NCBI GenBank assembly: GCA_014192545.1
Contig: BJHL01000001.1
Coordinates: forward strand, 294,380 to 358,379
Direction of reading: 5' to 3'
Length of the DNA stretch: 64,000 nt
Source of the DNA: Phycisphaerae bacterium
Lineage (GTDB): Bacteria > Planctomycetota > Phycisphaerae > Phycisphaerales > UBA1924
This document shows positions 56,566 to 64,000 of the stretch, piece by piece; within the stretch, counting starts at the first letter, position 1, and every line of letters starts with the position of its first letter. Under the pieces are notes generated by a model. It was not told the origin of the DNA and searched no databases. It worked only from the letters and a program-made list of their open reading frames with translations. The translations under genes and the position numbers were made by a program.

Positions 56566-57654
56566 TTGGGCGTGCTCGACCGCATCCAAAGCCTGCAAAG
56601 CCGGCTGCTGACCTACCAATGGTGGGAAATCGCAGTCGAGTTTGCCATCATTTGGCTGGTGGTCTGGCTCGTCGTGCGTTTCGTCCAAGGCACCCGCGCC
56701 GCCGGTGCCCTCAAGGGCTTGCTGGTCATCCTCATCATCCTCACCGTCATGAGCCGCCTCTTCGGCGGCGACGGCTCCTTCCAACGCCTGGGCCTGCTTT
56801 ACGACAAATTCCTCGCCCTCGTCGCCATCGCCCTCGTCGTCATCTTCCAGCCCGAACTTCGCCGGGCACTGGTCCGCCTGGGTGAAACCGGCTTCCTCCG
56901 CAGCACCCCCAAAGACATCCGCATCATCGTCGAAGAAGTCTCCGACGCCGTCGAGTATCTGGGCCGCGCCAAATTCGGTGCCCTCATCGTCATCGAACGC
57001 CAAACCAAACTCTCAGGCCTCGTCGAAGGCGGCACCAAAATGGGCGCCGAACTTTCCAGTCGCCTCCTCCAAGCCATCTTCTTCCCCGGCGCCTCACTCC
57101 ACGACCTCGCCTGCATCGTCCGCGGCCGCGTCATCGACTCCGCAGGCGTCCAGCTCCCCCTCGCCGACCCGCAAGACATGCCCGACCCACGCCTAGGCAG
57201 TCGCCACCGTGCCGCCGTGGGCCTCAGCCAAGAGTGCGATGCCCTCGTCGTCGTCGTCAGCGAAGAAACCGGCAACATCCGGATCGCCGAACGCGGCAAG
57301 CTCACCAAACCACTCACCATCGAACAGTTCAACGAAATCCTCACCCAGCGTCTCACCAGCGTCATCGACCGCCGTCGCACTGGCAGCGCCATGCCCCCGC
57401 CCCCCGTGCCCGATGTACCCACCGCCGCAGAACGCCGCGAACTGGCGATGGCCGAAGGTCCATCCAACGATTCCATCATGGGCGCCCACCCCGGCGACAG
57501 CATCGCAGGCGAAACCCTCGCCGGCGCATCACTCGCGGGCGACACCAGCATGAACGACGCAACCAACGCCGGCTCAAGCATGGACCTAGGCATCAGCAGC
57601 AGCGACTCATCCGCCGCTGGCGTCACCGCAGGCGACAACGAACGCAAGGCATAA
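56566..57654 (+). CDS. cdaA: Diadenylate cyclase CdaA (membrane-bound DAC domain)
   Basis: Three N-terminal TM helices. DAC motifs GALIVIER, LHDLACIV, RHRAAVGLSQECDALVVVVSEETG. TTG start with AAAGGA upstream. Confidence 0.85.
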   Translation: MGVLDRIQSLQSRLLTYQWWEIAVEFAIIWLVVWLVVRFVQGTRAAGALKGLLVILIILTVMSRLFGGDGSFQRLGLLYDKFLALVAIALVVIFQPELRRALVRLGETGFLRSTPKDIRIIVEEVSDAVEYLGRAKFGALIVIERQTKLSGLVEGGTKMGAELSSRLLQAIFFPGASLHDLACIVRGRVIDSAGVQLPLADPQDMPDPRLGSRHRAAVGLSQECDALVVVVSEETGNIRIAERGKLTKPLTIEQFNEILTQRLTSVIDRRRTGSAMPPPPVPDVPTAAERRELAMAEGPSNDSIMGAHPGDSIAGETLAGASLAGDTSMNDATNAGSSMDLGISSSDSSAAGVTAGDNERKA

Positions 57655-57709
57655 GTAAAAGTAAACATCTCACGCAAGGACGAATCAGAGACGAGCAAGC
57701 AGATACCAA

Positions 57710-58717
57710 ATGTGGCAGACGATCAAAAACCTCCTCATCACCACCTTCGTCGCGGCCTTCGTCTGGGTCTTTGCCGAGAGTGAAACTCTGCGCGAACAGA
57801 AAATGCCCGCGCGTCTCACCCTCGTCACACCAGCCAACGCCCGCTACAGCTTCGTCACCAATACAGATCTGCGCGACGTCGCCGTCGATATCTGGATCGA
57901 AACCAACAGTGCCCGCCTCGAAAACGTCGAACGCCGTCTGCGATCACCCCTCGAAGTCGTCTCCGGCTCAGGCATCGTCCCCATCATCCCCGGCACCTAC
58001 TCGCTCGACCTCGCCGAGATTCTGCGAGATGACCCTGACCTCGCCACGCTGGGCGTCAGCATCCGTCGCGTCGAACCCGCAACGCTCAATGTCCTCGTCG
58101 ACGAACTCGAAACGCGCGAAGTTTCCGTCCGCCTGCCCAGCGAAGTCACGACCACTCTTGGCACCTTCGCCGTGCCCACCATCAGCCCCCCCACCGTCAA
58201 AATCACCATGCCCTCGCGCGACATGGCGCGCCTCGCACCCAAAGACGCCGCCATGATCGCTCTGCCCATCGATCTCATCGATCGCATGGCAGGCGGCAAA
58301 ACCGAAACCCTCCGAGGCCTCTCCCTCCGCCCGCCCTTTGACATCAAAGACGCCGACAAACTCCGCATCGAGCCCGCAACCGTCGACGTCACGCTCACCA
58401 AACCCAGCCGCGGCACCGAACTCGTGCTTGCCCAAGTCCCCGTCTACGTCCGCGTCGAGCCCGACCAATTGCCCCGCTGGAACATCCAAATCGCCGCCAG
58501 CGACCAATTCCTCACCAACGTCCGCGTGATCGGCCCCGAAGACCTCGTCGAACAAGTGCGCAACCGCACCCTGCCCATCACGGCACTGGTGAGCCTCAGC
58601 GTCACCGACCTCGAACGCGGCATCACCGCCCAAACCATCGAATTCCCCAACGTCCCCGCCGGCCTGAAAATCGAAAGCACCACGAAGAGCGTGCGCGTGA
58701 ACGTGACGAGGCGGTGA
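57710..58717 (+). CDS. cdaR: CdaR-like regulator of CdaA (YbbR-domain repeats)
   Basis: N-terminal TM and three beta-rich YbbR-like repeats, directly downstream of cdaA. Confidence 0.65.
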   Translation: MWQTIKNLLITTFVAAFVWVFAESETLREQKMPARLTLVTPANARYSFVTNTDLRDVAVDIWIETNSARLENVERRLRSPLEVVSGSGIVPIIPGTYSLDLAEILRDDPDLATLGVSIRRVEPATLNVLVDELETREVSVRLPSEVTTTLGTFAVPTISPPTVKITMPSRDMARLAPKDAAMIALPIDLIDRMAGGKTETLRGLSLRPPFDIKDADKLRIEPATVDVTLTKPSRGTELVLAQVPVYVRVEPDQLPRWNIQIAASDQFLTNVRVIGPEDLVEQVRNRTLPITALVSLSVTDLERGITAQTIEFPNVPAGLKIESTTKSVRVNVTRR

Positions 58718-58731
58718 GGGAGTGGAGAACA

Positions 58732-58788
58732 GGGAACAGAGAACAGTGAACAGCCAACCGCGCTGTCCGTTCTGCGCTCTCTGTTCCC
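58732..58788. repeat. Long hairpin GGGAACAGAGA-35 nt-TCTCTGTTCCC, whose 5' arm is built from four tandem NGAACAG heptamers
   Basis: A perfect 11-bp inverted repeat 15 nt after the cdaR stop, with the heptamer array GAGAACAG GGAACAG AGAACAG TGAACAG at 58724-58752. Confidence 0.5.
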
Positions 58789-58805
58789 CGTTCCCCGCTC
58801 CCCCC

Positions 58806-58845
58806 AAAAAAAAGACCGCCCCGCAAACACAGTGCTCACGGGGCG
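58806..58845 (-). terminator. Minus-strand rho-independent terminator (CGCCCCG-15 nt-CGGGGCG followed by T8 on the minus strand)
   Basis: A perfect 7-bp stem at 58817-58823/58839-58845. An A8 run at 58806-58813 is the U-tract on the minus strand. No annotated minus-strand gene feeds it. Confidence 0.5.
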
Positions 58846-59162
58846 ATCGTGGGTAGGGGCAACTCCGCGCATCGCCACGCCCTTCGGGCGCAGCGACTGC
58901 ATCAACTTCTCGTCCAACCAACGCAGCGTCAGCCAAGCACGCCACGCGACCAGACGATTCGCCAACGCCTCAAGACCGGTTGCAGCATATTGAGAATGAT
59001 TTGTCATTTTCGACGAAGTTTTTCCTGCCACTCGCCCCTCTCACCAAAAACCAAACCCACCAAACCGGCCGCAATCCGCTGAACCCGGCACACCAAAAAC
59101 GACTCTCGGCGCGCGAACCGTCACTCGGATCTCCTGCGTGACAATTGCCGTAACATCTATAC

Positions 59163-60053
59163 GTGATCGCACGCAAGGGGCCCAACACCGAACCATCGCT
59201 ATTCGATTTGCCGTCGCCGGAGCCAGCGACGCGTCCGACGCGGCTTGGACTCACCGTCATCGACTACAAACAGGCGTCGAGCATCCTCACTGTGCCCAAG
59301 GGCTTCATGCAGGGGTACGACTTCACGATCAATCCGTATTCCGGCTGCGCCTTTGGCTGCGCGTACTGCTACGCAGCTGCGTTCGCGCCCGATGAAACCT
59401 TGTCAAAGGACTGGGGCACGTGGGTTCGTGTCAAAGACAACGCACTCGACCTGCTACGCCGGGTCAAGCGCGATCTGCGCGGCAAGTCAATCTATATCAG
59501 CAGCGTGACAGACCCGTATCAGCCCATCGAACGCAGCTTGGAGTTGACGCGCTCATTGCTCCAAGAACTTGTTCACCACCAGCCGCGAGTGATCATCCAG
59601 ACTCGCAGCCCCATCGTCGCGCGTGACATCGATGTCCTTCAACAATTTGAGTTCGCGCAGGTCAACATGACTGTCACGACCGATGATGAGGACGTGCGCA
59701 AGGCATTTGAACCCGGCTGTCCGTCCAACGCGCAGCGATTGCAAGCCATCAGCGAGGTGCAGCGAGCCAAAGTGCGTGCGTGCATCACGATGACGCCGCT
59801 CCTGCCAGTCGTGAATCCGGAAACCTTCGCCGATGCGCTGCTCGCCACCGGCGTGACCCGTTTCATCGTGCAGCCGTTTCATACGAAAAAGGGCATGTTC
59901 GCGGCGGGAACACGCGACACGGCCACGCCGCTGATCGACAAGTACAAATGGGACGGCGAGGGGTACGCGGCGGCACGTGACGTGCTGCGAAGGAAGCTCA
60001 ACACGAAGCACACGGGGCTGGGCGAGGGGAAAGGTGGGTTTGCACCGGTATGA
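59163..60053 (+). CDS. Radical-SAM protein, spore-photoproduct-lyase/COG1533 (DNA repair photolyase-like) family
   Basis: CX3CX2C in the SPL context TINPYSGCAFGCAYCYAAAF. GTG start. Its stop overlaps the next gene's ATG. Confidence 0.7.
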   Translation: MIARKGPNTEPSLFDLPSPEPATRPTRLGLTVIDYKQASSILTVPKGFMQGYDFTINPYSGCAFGCAYCYAAAFAPDETLSKDWGTWVRVKDNALDLLRRVKRDLRGKSIYISSVTDPYQPIERSLELTRSLLQELVHHQPRVIIQTRSPIVARDIDVLQQFEFAQVNMTVTTDDEDVRKAFEPGCPSNAQRLQAISEVQRAKVRACITMTPLLPVVNPETFADALLATGVTRFIVQPFHTKKGMFAAGTRDTATPLIDKYKWDGEGYAAARDVLRRKLNTKHTGLGEGKGGFAPV

Positions 60054-61105
60054 AATTCGCGGCCATCGACTACAACATCACCAACTACAACTTGCAACGC
60101 CTTTACGTGGAGCGAGACAACATTATGCTTCCAGGCTTTCCTTTGGATCCACCGGAATGCCGACAAAAAAGACTTACCCATGCTCTAGATGACACAATTA
60201 GTGACTGCATGCAACTATTATTGCCAGAAATGAATGCATTTCGCGATACGGAAAGTTCACTACACCAACTTAACAACATCGGGAACTTTCAACCGAACTA
60301 TTCAAGCGAGTCGCTCTCCATTCTATATGCTGCTGAGTTTCATGCACGAAAGTCCTTCGACGCACTTTGCTACATGCCGACGATATTCTGCGACTTGCTC
60401 CGGGATCGACCTGTTGTGATCGACTTGGCGGCGGGGACTGGCGCGGTAGAAACCGCATTCCGCACGTTTGCACTTGCGTCACGCCTGAACTTTGATTTCG
60501 AGCCAGTTCGCTGGCTCTCCATCGACAGCTCAGCCCAGATGCTCGATATGGGTGGACGCATTCGACAAATGGTATTCGAGTCGCCAAAGCAGTTCTTCGT
60601 ACAGCATGACTGTCACGAGGGTCCGACGACCTTTGAAGGGGACCGCTTACTTCCCGCCAATGTTGTCGCAACGGATCATTGCCTTGATTGGCGCGACGCA
60701 TCTGCGTTTGCCGAGATCCCGACTGGTGCGGTCGTTTTCGGCGCGAATTTGCTCGATTCCGAATACTGCGATGATGCCTCGCGACAGATCGTCAACCTGC
60801 TTACTCGTACGAACGCAAGAGCGTGCGCGGTGTGGAACTTTGGAAGTACCCGCAAGAAACGCCAGATCCAGTTGCTGCGTGAGGGCTTGGAGACAAACGG
60901 ATGGAAACGCATTGCCATCCGTAAATGGACCTGCGAATGGCGCGGCGAGCTTTCACAAGTATGGAAACTCTGTCAGAAAGTTGGTCTGGTTTCGTCCGAG
61001 GGAATGGCTCGCAGAGGCTACCTCAGTCACCAACCAAGTTGGGGAGGTCGATTCCCAAATTGCGAAACGGCATTCTTGCTGAACCCGCAGTACGCTGAGA
61101 TCTAG
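60050..61105 (+). CDS. Hypothetical protein with a class I SAM-methyltransferase-like fold (motif I VIDLAAGTGAV), in a noticeably lower-GC region
   Basis: Motif I VVIDLAAGTG, then an acidic beta2 end (WLSIDSS) and a Rossmann-like alternation. GC content is about 48% against about 60% for the flanks. Start overlaps the radical-SAM stop. Confidence 0.45.
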   Translation: MKFAAIDYNITNYNLQRLYVERDNIMLPGFPLDPPECRQKRLTHALDDTISDCMQLLLPEMNAFRDTESSLHQLNNIGNFQPNYSSESLSILYAAEFHARKSFDALCYMPTIFCDLLRDRPVVIDLAAGTGAVETAFRTFALASRLNFDFEPVRWLSIDSSAQMLDMGGRIRQMVFESPKQFFVQHDCHEGPTTFEGDRLLPANVVATDHCLDWRDASAFAEIPTGAVVFGANLLDSEYCDDASRQIVNLLTRTNARACAVWNFGSTRKKRQIQLLREGLETNGWKRIAIRKWTCEWRGELSQVWKLCQKVGLVSSEGMARRGYLSHQPSWGGRFPNCETAFLLNPQYAEI

Positions 61106-61248
61106 ATGCCCCTCGCTTCGGCATCCGGGTTAAACATCGCTCATGCGGTAGCCAGCGGCATGCAAGGGAAAGTGCGTGAAGCGACGGGCAGTCCCGTCCC
61201 CTTCCCACTGTTGCCCCCTCCCCCGCTCGCCCCCTACTCTCTCAACCC

Positions 61249-63015
61249 ATGCCCACCATCACCATCAACGGCAAGAAGTGTGACTTCACGCCCGGCCAAA
61301 TGATCCTCCAAGTCGCCAACGCCAACGGCGTGGAGATTCCGCAGTATTGCTATCACGATGGGCTCTCCATCGTGGCCTCTTGCCGCATCTGTCTGGGCGA
61401 GGCGTTCACGCCCGATGCCAAGACGGGCCAGCTTGCGCCGTACATGGGCGGCAAGCTCTTTCCCACCTGTCAAACCCCGTGCAGCGATGGCATGGTGGTC
61501 TACACCGACAGCCCCAAGAGCGTGGCCAACCAGAAGGCCGTGATGGAATATCTGCTGATCAATCACCCGCTCGACTGCCCCGTGTGCGACCAGTCGGGCG
61601 AGTGCTTCTTGCAGGACTATTCATACGCGTACGGCCGGGGCGTCTCGCGATTTGAAGAGCAAAAGGTCAAGCAGCCCAAGAAGGACCTCGGCCCCCACGT
61701 CTACTTATACAGCGATCGCTGCATCATGTGCACCCGCTGCGTGCGCTTCACGCGCGAAGTCACCGGCTCTGCCGAACTCTTCGTCGGCGGCCGCGGCAAC
61801 AAAGAAGAAATCGACGTCTTCCCCGGCGTGCCCCTCGCCAACGAGCTGAGCGCGAACGTCATCGACCTCTGCCCCGTCGGCGCACTGCTCGATAAAGACT
61901 TCCTCTTCGCCCAGCGCGTCTGGTTCCTCAAAGAAACGCCCAGCATCGATCCGCTGACCAGCAGCGGCGACAACATCTCCATCCATCACAACGATGGCAA
62001 AATCTACCGCGTCAAGCCCCGCAAGAACCTCGCCGTCAACAAGTGGTGGATCACCGACGAAGTCCGCTACGGCTGGAAATTCGTCCACAGCGAAAACCGT
62101 CTTCGCTCACCCATGCGCAAGCAGTTCAGCAGCTTGGTCGAGTGCGACTTCACCCGAGGCTATGACGAAGTCATCGAAGGCCTGCGCTCCGCAGCCGCCA
62201 AGAACAAGAAGGTCGCCCTCATGGTCAGCCCCATGCTGACCTGCGAAGAGGCGTACACCTGGGCCAAGCTCGTCAAGCAGATCGCACCCAACGCGGTCTT
62301 CGCCCTCGGCCCCGTGCCCACCCACGGCACCGACAAGATTTATCCCACCGGTGCCGACGACAAACACCCCAAGGCCTTTCACATCCGCGCTGAAAAAGCC
62401 CCCAACGCACGCGGCGTGCGTCGCGTCCTCAAGCAATTTGCGGGGGGCGGCGGCAGCATCGAATACGTTGACATGCTCCGCGCGTTGGGCCACGGCACCG
62501 GCACCAGCGACATCGGCGCGGTCGTCGTCATGGGCAACTACCCCAGCGAGTGGGCAACCGCCGAGCTTCGCAATTCCCTCTCAGGCAAGTTCGTCGTCGT
62601 GGTCGACACTCTGAGCAGCGCGATCCTCGACGTTGCCGATGTTGTTCTCCCCGGCGCAACCTTCGCCGAGAAAGCCGGCACCTTCGAGAACTGGCAGAGC
62701 AAACTGCAAGCTTTCGAGCAAGCCATCGGCGTCATCGAAATGGCCAAGTCCGAAGGCCAAATGGCTCTTGATATGCTCGCCATCCTCGCAGGCAAAGCCG
62801 CCCCGCAGCAAGAACGCTCGACCGTCGTTGTGCAAAGCACGCTGGGCCAAGTCGCTGGCGGCGCACAAGTCACGCTGCCCTACGCCGAACTCTTCAACGC
62901 CGCCAACATCCGCAGCGAAATGGCCAAGGCTGGCCTCAGCGAGTTCGCCACGCAAGTGAGCGTGCCCGCTGGCACAGACGTGCGCGAGCCCGACATGGAA
63001 ATGGTGACGCTCTAA
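61249..63015 (+). CDS. nuoG: NADH-quinone oxidoreductase subunit G-like (75 kDa Fe-S subunit)
   Basis: N-terminal 2Fe-2S ferredoxin fold (CYHDGLSIVASCRICLGE), 4Fe-4S clusters (HPLDCPVCDQSGEC; CIMCTRCVRF; LCPVGAL), and a molybdopterin-oxidoreductase-like C-terminal region. Confidence 0.8.
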   Translation: MPTITINGKKCDFTPGQMILQVANANGVEIPQYCYHDGLSIVASCRICLGEAFTPDAKTGQLAPYMGGKLFPTCQTPCSDGMVVYTDSPKSVANQKAVMEYLLINHPLDCPVCDQSGECFLQDYSYAYGRGVSRFEEQKVKQPKKDLGPHVYLYSDRCIMCTRCVRFTREVTGSAELFVGGRGNKEEIDVFPGVPLANELSANVIDLCPVGALLDKDFLFAQRVWFLKETPSIDPLTSSGDNISIHHNDGKIYRVKPRKNLAVNKWWITDEVRYGWKFVHSENRLRSPMRKQFSSLVECDFTRGYDEVIEGLRSAAAKNKKVALMVSPMLTCEEAYTWAKLVKQIAPNAVFALGPVPTHGTDKIYPTGADDKHPKAFHIRAEKAPNARGVRRVLKQFAGGGGSIEYVDMLRALGHGTGTSDIGAVVVMGNYPSEWATAELRNSLSGKFVVVVDTLSSAILDVADVVLPGATFAEKAGTFENWQSKLQAFEQAIGVIEMAKSEGQMALDMLAILAGKAAPQQERSTVVVQSTLGQVAGGAQVTLPYAELFNAANIRSEMAKAGLSEFATQVSVPAGTDVREPDMEMVTL

Positions 63016-63128
63016 AGCACAAAACCGCAAAGCAGTAAACCGCTAAGCAACAAATGCTGCGTGATTCGGGCGATTTCCGGCAGTCCTCGGCGCGAACCAC
63101 GCCAAGCTGTAACCGTACCACCCGCCAT

Positions 63129-64000
63129 ATGTCCCGCGCCGCCATCTCCTGCTCCGCCGCGCTGCTGCTTTGCTGCGCAACCACCTACGCCCAGCCCACG
63201 CTGCGCGAAGACCACACCACGCGCGACCTGCGCACCTCACCCATTCCCGCAGCGGGCGAAAAAATCCCCGTCCGCGATGTCGATGCTCTCCCCGCCTGGC
63301 TCTGGCGCCAACCCGGCATGCCCAGCACCATGCTTTCCTCGCCCCAAGGCATCGCGCTGCTCGCCGACCAAGGCACTTCCTACGCCCGGCAAGTCTTCGC
63401 CACCTGCGACCTGCGCACCCGTCCCGTCACCCGCATGGCATACAGCATGCGCGCCGAAGCCCTCGCCCTCGCTGGTGACTTCACCGCCGCCATCCAAGCT
63501 CTCGATGAGCTTGTTCAAAAAGCCGACTCCTTCGATCGCGAATCTGCGATCAGCCAGCTCATCACACGCGAAGCTCTTGTGTATCACACGCTCATCGCAG
63601 CCGACGAGTCCACGCGCCGCGCACAGTTCACTACATCGCTGACCGCCGCTCTCACAACCTGGCTCAATTCCAAAGAACGCAGCGCCATCGCCTCAGGCCT
63701 CAAGCGCGAAAACGAAAACAATGACCTGAACATGACCAAGCCCGAGCAACTGGGCTGGTACCTCGAAAACGCCCGCACCTGGTCGCCCCTCAGCCTCAAA
63801 TCCCTCGCTGAAGTCAACGTCGATTGGTCCGTCGACTTTGTCCGCCCCGATATGTCCCCGCGCGAAGCCCGCCAGCTTCTCGCCATCGCCCGCACTCAAC
63901 AACTCCTCCTCCCACTTCGTAGCGAAATCATCCAGGCTGGCCAGCAAGCCCTTACCAGTATCAACAGCACCGGCATCCGCCCCGCCTGCTGGGACGACCG
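63129..64000 (+). CDS. Secreted hypothetical protein, 3'-partial (runs off the window)
   Basis: ATG at 63129 with the Sec signal MSRAAISCSAALLLCCATTYAQP. The frame stays open to the end of the window. It is absent from the ORF track because it has no stop. Confidence 0.4.
   Translation, partial: MSRAAISCSAALLLCCATTYAQPTLREDHTTRDLRTSPIPAAGEKIPVRDVDALPAWLWRQPGMPSTMLSSPQGIALLADQGTSYARQVFATCDLRTRPVTRMAYSMRAEALALAGDFTAAIQALDELVQKADSFDRESAISQLITREALVYHTLIAADESTRRAQFTTSLTAALTTWLNSKERSAIASGLKRENENNDLNMTKPEQLGWYLENARTWSPLSLKSLAEVNVDWSVDFVRPDMSPREARQLLAIARTQQLLLPLRSEIIQAGQQALTSINSTGIRPACWDD

Noticed and set aside
56167-57003. 278-aa minus-strand ORF
   Set aside because: Only the C-terminal 91 codons resemble an Nfu_N domain. 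The remainder is an Asp/Glu/Gly-rich antisense of cdaA.
57968-58945. 325-aa minus-strand ORF, and the 195-aa ORF 58444-59031
   Set aside because: Antisense to cdaR, Gly/Ala/Asp-rich. The 195-aa ORF reads through a strong intrinsic terminator on its own strand, so it is unlikely to be translated as annotated.
63061-63642. 193-aa plus-strand Pro/Ser/Ala-rich ORF
   Set aside because: Out of frame with a better candidate: the ATG at 63129 gives a Sec signal peptide and a normal-composition protein that runs off the window.
1-64000. tRNA or rRNA genes and CRISPR arrays
   Set aside because: By eye, none of the intergenic regions contains T-psi-C-like GTTCGA(A/T)TC arms, 16S/23S-like conserved blocks, or regularly spaced direct repeats of 25-40 bp. 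Only short tandem or inverted repeats were seen, and these are reported as regulatory or terminator candidates. A tRNAscan, Infernal and CRISPR-finder run would be needed to be definitive.
1-64000. Mobile elements (IS, transposase, integrase, phage genes)
   Set aside because: No DDE transposase, tyrosine or serine recombinase, or phage structural motifs were seen in any frame. The only compositional anomaly is the lower-GC gene at 60050-61105, which has no flanking repeats I could find.

Overview
High-GC bacterial chromosomal segment, about 60% G+C. Its composition and gene content (a PEP-CTERM protein, many lipobox lipoproteins, tandem TPR/GT41 glycosyltransferases, a stand-alone GspE-N domain protein) are most consistent with a Planctomycetota-like genome, but that assignment is an inference only. 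The window is densely coding, with about 60 genes, mostly housekeeping. Among those I recognise are ppdK, rpsA, ribF, asnS, typA, mutY, ruvX, cdaA-cdaR, nuoG, amt-glnK, msrB, an arsR-arsC-arsM operon, pabB-like and crtI-like genes, a GT9 heptosyltransferase and an ArnC-like GT2 paired with a LAB_N membrane protein. I found no rRNA or tRNA genes, no CRISPR array and no IS or transposase. The most interesting material falls into five items. (1) A three-member paralogous family of bitopic membrane proteins, each ending in a cytoplasmic CxxCxYD(L/V)xG-x5-CPEC(G/A) zinc ribbon: one singleton at 5.7 kb and a tandem pair at 29.3-31.0 kb. (2) A translationally coupled pair at 59.2-61.1 kb made of an SPL/COG1533-type radical-SAM protein and a markedly lower-GC methyltransferase-fold protein. 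On the opposite strand just upstream is a hairpin plus T8-tract (an intrinsic-terminator shape) with no annotated gene feeding it. (3) A module predicted to be exported, made of an isoaspartyl peptidase and a cyanophycinase-like peptidase. (4) A DoxX-like gene interrupted by a single in-frame TAG codon. (5) Several orphan or unusually placed modules: a PIN/RHH toxin-antitoxin pair, fdx-iscX away from any isc operon, DUF1963-like immunity-type proteins, an orphan TpsB, Hpt plus REC-GGDEF, and a catalytically dead NrtR-like Nudix regulator next to amt-glnK. Start codons are often ambiguous because GTG and TTG starts are common. All functional calls rest on motifs read directly from the translations.
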